In this document: positions 58,902 through 64,000 of the stretch, in pieces
Layout of the letters: every line of letters begins with the position of its first letter
How positions within the stretch are numbered: the stretch's first letter is position 1
Assembly: GCA_965203485.1 (NCBI GenBank)
Contig: OZ241892.1
Span: 1,248,001-1,312,000, forward strand
From: Longimicrobiales bacterium
Lineage (GTDB): Bacteria; Gemmatimonadota; Gemmatimonadetes; Longimicrobiales; Gaopeijiaceae
Length of the DNA stretch: 64,000 nucleotides
Direction: 5' to 3'
The notes under the pieces: model-generated
The model's input: the letters and a program-made list of their open reading frames with translations, nothing else
The model's database searches: none
Told to the model about the DNA's origin: nothing
Made by a program: the position numbers and the translations under genes

Positions 58902-60302
58902 GTGCCCGTTCGCCTTCCGCCCGGCCTGATCGCGGGCGTATCTGGCTTCCGCGGACGCGTGGGCGCGGCGTTCACGCCGGAGCTTGCCGCAGCCTTGGCC
59001 GCGGCCTACGGCACGTTCCTGCGCGAGGAAGGCGAGGCCGGGCCCGTGCTGGTCGGACGCGATTCCCGCACGTCGGGGCCCATGTTCTCGGGGGCGGCCG
59101 TGGCTGGATTCGTTTCGACGGGACGCCGGGTAGTCGACGTCGGGGTCGTTCCCACGCCCACGCTGCTGCTGGCCGCGGCCGAGGCGCAGGCGGCGGGCGC
59201 GGTCGCGGTCACCGCGAGCCACAACCCGGCCGAATGGAACGCCTTCAAGTTCGCGACCGGACAGGGCGCCTTTCTGTCGCGGGACCGCATGGAACGCTTC
59301 TTGGCGTTCCTGGCCGGCCGCGACCCCGAGCGGGCAGCGTGGGACGCGCTGGCGCCGGCCGAGCGCGACGACGGGGCCTGCGAACGCCACGTCGCGCGCG
59401 TTCTGGACTTGCCTCAGCTCGACCGCGACCGGATTCGCGCGGCCGGCCTTCGCGTCGCGCTCGACTGCGTCAACGGCGCAGGCGGCGCGGCGATGTCCGC
59501 GCTCCTGGAGGGTCTCGGGTGCCAGGTGCGCGCCATCGGCTTGGAGCCGCACGGCCGCTTTCCGCGCGATCCCGAGCCGACGGCGGCCAACCTCGGCGAC
59601 CTGGGACGTCTCGTGGCGTCGTCGGGCGCGTCGGTCGGCCTTGCGGTCGACCCGGACGCGGACCGGCTCTCGCTGGTGGACGAGCGGGGGCGGGCGCTGG
59701 GCGAGGACCTCACGCTGGCGCTGGCCGCCGACGTCGTCCTGGCTCGCGAGCCCGGCGCCGTCGCGACCAATCTGTCGACCAGCCGGGTGATCGACGACGT
59801 GGCCGAGGCTCGAGGCTGTTCGACCTTGCGCGCCCCGGTCGGCGAAGCGAACGTGGCTTCGCTGATCTCCCGCGAGGGTGCGGTAGTGGGCGGCGAGGGG
59901 AACGGGGGCGTGATCCTGCCCGAGCTCCACCTCACGCGGGACGCGCTTGTGGGAGCGGCCCTCGTTCTCGAATTCCTGGCTTCGAATCCGGAGACGCCCC
60001 TGTCGGAGCGCGTGGCCCGCTGGCCCGCCTATGCGATCGTCAAGGAAAAGGTGGAATTTCGCCGCGAGGCGCTCCCGGCCGCGTTCGAAGCGCTTCGGCG
60101 GGGCTTGCCGGAGGGAGGCGGCGCCAACCTCGACGACGGGTTGCGGATCGAATGGCCGGCGCGGCGGGAGTGGCTTCACGTGCGAGCGTCCGGAACCGAG
60201 CCGGTGGTGCGGCTGATCGCCGAGAGTCCCGCTCCCGGGTTCGGTGCGCATGCCCTCGTCGAGGAAGCCGGGGCGATCCTCTCGCGGACCGGAGGCGGTT
60301 GA
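58902..60302 (+). CDS. glmM: Phosphoglucosamine mutase / phosphomannomutase family
   Basis: GVSGFRG, VGRDSRTSG, VTASHNP, DPDADRL, GGEGNGG, VRASGTEPVVRL; directly upstream of glmS. Confidence 0.85.
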   Translation: MPVRLPPGLIAGVSGFRGRVGAAFTPELAAALAAAYGTFLREEGEAGPVLVGRDSRTSGPMFSGAAVAGFVSTGRRVVDVGVVPTPTLLLAAAEAQAAGAVAVTASHNPAEWNAFKFATGQGAFLSRDRMERFLAFLAGRDPERAAWDALAPAERDDGACERHVARVLDLPQLDRDRIRAAGLRVALDCVNGAGGAAMSALLEGLGCQVRAIGLEPHGRFPRDPEPTAANLGDLGRLVASSGASVGLAVDPDADRLSLVDERGRALGEDLTLALAADVVLAREPGAVATNLSTSRVIDDVAEARGCSTLRAPVGEANVASLISREGAVVGGEGNGGVILPELHLTRDALVGAALVLEFLASNPETPLSERVARWPAYAIVKEKVEFRREALPAAFEALRRGLPEGGGANLDDGLRIEWPARREWLHVRASGTEPVVRLIAESPAPGFGAHALVEEAGAILSRTGGG

Positions 60303-60309
60303 CCAGACA

Positions 60310-62148
60310 GTGTGCGGAATCATCGGATACGTCGGCCCGCGCCAGGCGGGTTGGATTCTCATGGAGGGCCTCAAGCGGCTGGAATATCGGGGGTACGACT
60401 CCGCCGGCATCGCCGTTTTGAACGAGAAGGGGCGTCTGTTCGCGGAGAGGCGCCCGGGCAAGATCACGGACCTCGAGGGCGCTCTGAACGGGGGCGTTCC
60501 GGAGGGAACCTGCGGCATCGCCCACACCCGCTGGGCCACGCACGGCGCCCCCACCCGGGCCAACGCCCACCCGCAGCTCTCCACGGCGCGCGACATCGCG
60601 CTCGTGCACAACGGCATCGTCGAGAACGCGGCCATGCAGCGGCCCCGGCTCCGCGACCTGGGGTTCGAGTTCGAGAGCCAGACCGACACCGAAGTCCTCG
60701 TCCACCTGATCGACTTGGCGTTTCGAAGCTGCGACCGGCTGGAGGACGCCGTGGCGGGCGCGCTGTCGGCGGTGGAAGGCACCTACGGGATCGCGGTGGT
60801 GAGCGCCCGCGACCCGGACAAGATCGTGATCGCGCGCCAGGGGAGCCCGGTGCTGCTGGGGGTGGGCGGGCAGGGCGAGTACTTGGTGTCGTCGGACGTG
60901 GGCGCCATGGCGGCCCACACGCAGAACGTCGTCTACCTGCAGGACGGCGACTCCGCGGTGCTGGGACCGGCCGGCTACCGCACGTTCGACCTTGCCCGCC
61001 GGAGCGTGAGCCGGGGAGTCAAGTTCGTCGACTGGGACGCGAGCGCGATCAGCAAGGGCGGCCACAGCCACTTCATGTACAAGGAGATCGCGGAACAGCC
61101 GTCCTCGCTGCGCGACGTCATGCGCGGCCGGCTCTTGGAGGAAGAGGGAGGCGCGAACCTCGGCGGCATCGCGATCTCCGACCAAGAGCTGGCCCGCGTG
61201 GACCGCATCATCGTCACCGCGTGCGGGACGAGCTGGCATGCGGGCTTGATCGGCAGCAAGATGATGGAGGAGATGGCGCGCATCCCGGTCGGGGCCGAGT
61301 ACGCGTCGGAGTTCCGGTACCGCAACCCCGTTCTGGGCCCCAACACGTTGGTCGTCGGCCTCAGCCAATCGGGCGAGACGGCGGACACGCTCGCGGCGTT
61401 GCGCGAGGCGAAGCGGCGAGGTTGCCGCACCATGGGCATCGTCAACTGCGTCGGATCGAGCATCGCCGCCGAGACGGACTTCGGCGTCTACCTGCACGCC
61501 GGACCGGAGATCGGCGTCGCGTCCACGAAGTCGTTCACCAGCCAAATTGTCGCGCAGTTGCTGTTCGCCCTCTACGTGGCCCGCCGCCGGACGTTGTCCG
61601 TCCTGCAGGGGCGCGAGATCGTGCACGCGCTGCGCAAGCTGCCGGAGCAGGTCGAGCAGGTGCTCGGCGTGGACGAGACGGTGCGGCGGCTGGCCGAGCG
61701 CTACTGCGATAGCCCCAACTTCCTTTACTTGGGCCGCGGCTATCAGTTCCCGATCGCGCTCGAAGGCGCGCTCAAGCTCAAGGAGGTGAGCTACATCCAC
61801 GCCGAGGGCTATCCGGCCGCCGAAATGAAGCACGGCCCCATCGCGCTCATCGACGAGAACATGCCGGTCGTGGTCTTGGCCCCGCGCGACCCCGTCTACG
61901 CCAAGACGCTGTCGAACATCGAAGAAGTCCGGGCACGGCACGGGCGCGTCATCGCCGTGACCGACGAGGGCGGGGACGAGGTCGCGGAGATCGCGGACGA
62001 GGCGATCGAGATCCCCAGCGCGATCCCGGTCCTGGCGCCGGCCCTCTCCGTCGTGCCTCTGCAGCTTCTGGCCTACCACATGGCCGTGTTGCGCGGTTGC
62101 GACGTCGACCAGCCGCGCAACTTGGCCAAGTCCGTCACGGTCGAGTGA
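60310..62148 (+). CDS. glmS: Glutamine--fructose-6-phosphate transaminase (isomerizing)
   Basis: (M)CGIIGY, LKRLEYRGYDSAG, HTRWATHG, VHNGIVEN, SQSGETADT, EGALKLKE, DQPRNLAKSVTVE. Confidence 0.98.
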   Translation: MCGIIGYVGPRQAGWILMEGLKRLEYRGYDSAGIAVLNEKGRLFAERRPGKITDLEGALNGGVPEGTCGIAHTRWATHGAPTRANAHPQLSTARDIALVHNGIVENAAMQRPRLRDLGFEFESQTDTEVLVHLIDLAFRSCDRLEDAVAGALSAVEGTYGIAVVSARDPDKIVIARQGSPVLLGVGGQGEYLVSSDVGAMAAHTQNVVYLQDGDSAVLGPAGYRTFDLARRSVSRGVKFVDWDASAISKGGHSHFMYKEIAEQPSSLRDVMRGRLLEEEGGANLGGIAISDQELARVDRIIVTACGTSWHAGLIGSKMMEEMARIPVGAEYASEFRYRNPVLGPNTLVVGLSQSGETADTLAALREAKRRGCRTMGIVNCVGSSIAAETDFGVYLHAGPEIGVASTKSFTSQIVAQLLFALYVARRRTLSVLQGREIVHALRKLPEQVEQVLGVDETVRRLAERYCDSPNFLYLGRGYQFPIALEGALKLKEVSYIHAEGYPAAEMKHGPIALIDENMPVVVLAPRDPVYAKTLSNIEEVRARHGRVIAVTDEGGDEVAEIADEAIEIPSAIPVLAPALSVVPLQLLAYHMAVLRGCDVDQPRNLAKSVTVE

Positions 62149-62753
62149 CGGCCGCCGGGCGCGGCGTCTCGATCGTTCTCGCGTCGGAGTCGCCGCGGCG
62201 CGCGCAAGTCCTGCGGATGCTGGGGCTGTCGTTTTCCGCAACACGGTCCGGCGTGGAGGAGCGCAGGGAGCGCGGCGAGGAGCCGGCGCGGTACGTGGAG
62301 CGGATGGCGCGCGCGAAGGCCGAAGCCGTGGCCGGCGAACGTCCCGCGGCGCTGACCGTCGCGGGAGACACGGTGGTCGAGCTGGACGGAGACGTGCTCG
62401 AAAAGCCCGGCGGCCGGGACGCGGCCCGGGCCATGCTGTCGGCTCTGGCCGGCAGGGCGCACACGGTGCGTTCGGGCTTGGCGCTGGCGCGCCACGGAAC
62501 GCTGGCGTCCACCGTCGCCGCCGCCAGGGTGGTGTTCAGGCCCGCGTCGCGCCGGGCCATCGACGCGTACGTCGCCACCGGAGAACCGCTCGACAAGGCG
62601 GGCGCCTACGGCATTCAGGGGTGCGGGGCGGCTCTCGTCGAGCGCGTGGAGGGAGACTTCTACGCGGTGGTCGGGTTGCCCGTCGCCGCCTTCGTGGACC
62701 TGCTCGGAGCCGTGGACCTGCGGTACCGCCCGGGGCGGCTGGAGCCGCGGTGA
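62145..62753 (+). CDS. maf: Maf family nucleoside triphosphate pyrophosphatase
   Basis: VLASESPRR, AKAEAV, GDTVV...LEKP, TGEPLDKAGAYGIQG, VVGLP. Confidence 0.93.
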   Translation: MTAAGRGVSIVLASESPRRAQVLRMLGLSFSATRSGVEERRERGEEPARYVERMARAKAEAVAGERPAALTVAGDTVVELDGDVLEKPGGRDAARAMLSALAGRAHTVRSGLALARHGTLASTVAAARVVFRPASRRAIDAYVATGEPLDKAGAYGIQGCGAALVERVEGDFYAVVGLPVAAFVDLLGAVDLRYRPGRLEPR

Positions 62754-62766
62754 GCGGTTCGCCGCG

Positions 62767-64000
62767 ATGAGCCGGGCCGCGGTCCTGGCGCTCGACCAGG
62801 GCACGACCGGCTCCACGGCGCTCGTGGTCGCCGCGGACGGCCGCGTGCTCGGACGCGGCCACCGGGAGTTCCCGCAGTACTTTCCGTCGCCCGGCCGCGT
62901 GGAGCACGACGCGGAGGAGCTGTGGCGGGCCACGGTCGGCGCGGCGCGCGACGCCCTGGCGGCGGCCGGAGGCGCCGAAGTTGCCGCCGTGGGCGTCGCC
63001 AACCAGCGCGAGACCGTGGTCGTGTGGGACCCCGACACGCTGGAGCCGCTCCACCGCGCCATCGTCTGGCAGGACAGGCGCACGGCGCGGGCGTGCGGCG
63101 ACCTGAAGGCCGCGGGCCGCGAAGGCCAAGTGCGGGCCCGCACGGGGTTGCTCCTCGACCCGTACTTCTCGGCGACAAAGCTGCGTTGGCTGCTCGACGC
63201 CGATCCTGTGCTCGCCGCGCGCGCGGCGGCGGGCGAACTCGCCGCCGGGACGGTCGACAGCTGGCTGGTGGCGCGGCTCACAGATGGGGCGGTGCACGCC
63301 ACCGATCCGACGAACGCGTCGCGCACGTTGCTCTTCGACCTCGGCGAGGCGCAGTGGAGCGACGACATGCTCGCCCTGTTCGGGATCCCTCGCCGCGTGT
63401 TGCCCGAGATCCGCCCGAGCAGCGGCGACTTCGGTTGCGTGCGCGCGCCCGTGCTGAGGACCGACGCCCCCGTGGCGGCAGTCGCCGGCGACCAGCAGGC
63501 GGCGCTGTTCGGCCACGGGTGCTGGGCTCCCGGCCGCGGCAAGTGCACGTACGGCACCGGCGCCTTCTTGCTCTTCCACACGGGCGGCGAACGACCGTCG
63601 CCCCGGGCAGGCTTGCTGGCCACGGCCGCGTGCGGCCCGGCTGGGGATCTGGCCTACGCCGTGGAAGGCGGCATCTTCGTTGCCGGGGCCGCTCTCCAAT
63701 GGTTGCGCGACGGCCTCGGGGTCCTGGAGGACGCGGCGCGCAGCGAGGCCATGGCCGACAACGGCGGCGTGTACTTGGTGCCCGCCTTCGCGGGACTGGG
63801 CGCGCCTCACTGGCGTCCCGACGTCCGCGGCGCGTTCTTCGGCCTGACCCGCGGCACGACGAGGGCCCATTTGGCGCGGGCGGCCCTCGAGGCCATGGCC
63901 TACGCGACGCGCGATCTCCTGGGCGCCATGGAAGAGGACACCGGCTTGCGAGGCGCGCCGCTCTGCGTCGACGGCGGGGCCGCGGCGAACGACTGGCTGG
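62767..64000 (+). CDS. glpK: Glycerol kinase (partial, runs off the window)
   Basis: Translated by eye: LALDQGTTG, NQRETVVVWD, AIVWQDRRT, DPYFSATK, GTVDSWL, TDPTNASRT, GDQQAALFG, KCTYGTGAF, VPAFAGLGAPHW, VDGGA. Confidence 0.95.
   Translation, partial: MSRAAVLALDQGTTGSTALVVAADGRVLGRGHREFPQYFPSPGRVEHDAEELWRATVGAARDALAAAGGAEVAAVGVANQRETVVVWDPDTLEPLHRAIVWQDRRTARACGDLKAAGREGQVRARTGLLLDPYFSATKLRWLLDADPVLAARAAAGELAAGTVDSWLVARLTDGAVHATDPTNASRTLLFDLGEAQWSDDMLALFGIPRRVLPEIRPSSGDFGCVRAPVLRTDAPVAAVAGDQQAALFGHGCWAPGRGKCTYGTGAFLLFHTGGERPSPRAGLLATAACGPAGDLAYAVEGGIFVAGAALQWLRDGLGVLEDAARSEAMADNGGVYLVPAFAGLGAPHWRPDVRGAFFGLTRGTTRAHLARAALEAMAYATRDLLGAMEEDTGLRGAPLCVDGGAAANDWL

Overview
Very GC-rich bacterial chromosomal window, mostly core genes: mltD-like, moaC, holB, pdxA, surA, mfd, lepA, pruA, mrp/apbC, ubiE/menG, two M16 peptidases, mutM, purD, glmM, glmS, maf and a partial glpK. 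The gene order and the many signal peptides ending in 'AQ' suggest Gemmatimonadota, possibly a host- or sponge-associated lineage (inference only). Notable elements: (1) an 11.5-kb gene for a ~3,850-aa autotransporter-type adhesin with 21 Ig-like repeats, 4 cadherin repeats and a C-terminal barrel. A C30 homopolymer directly precedes it and leaves an upstream ATG one base out of frame, a candidate phase-variation switch, with an AT-rich operator-like palindrome further upstream. (2) Mfd in one continuous ORF with a lipoprotein-type parvulin PPIase. (3) A STAS-GHKL kinase plus STAS-wHTH pair resembling CapK/CapS, but with no defence locus nearby. (4) An ECF sigma, zinc-less duplicated anti-sigma, bactofilin-like, toast-rack and small membrane protein operon, with a SigW-type promoter and a second similar promoter before an M48 protease. 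(5) A DUF1592-DUF1552-ankyrin triad. (6) A lower-GC membrane glycosyltransferase insertion. (7) Many low-complexity in-frame insertions and extensions in housekeeping proteins. No tRNA, rRNA, transposase, integrase or cas gene was recognised. All calls come from reading motifs by eye; no searches were run.
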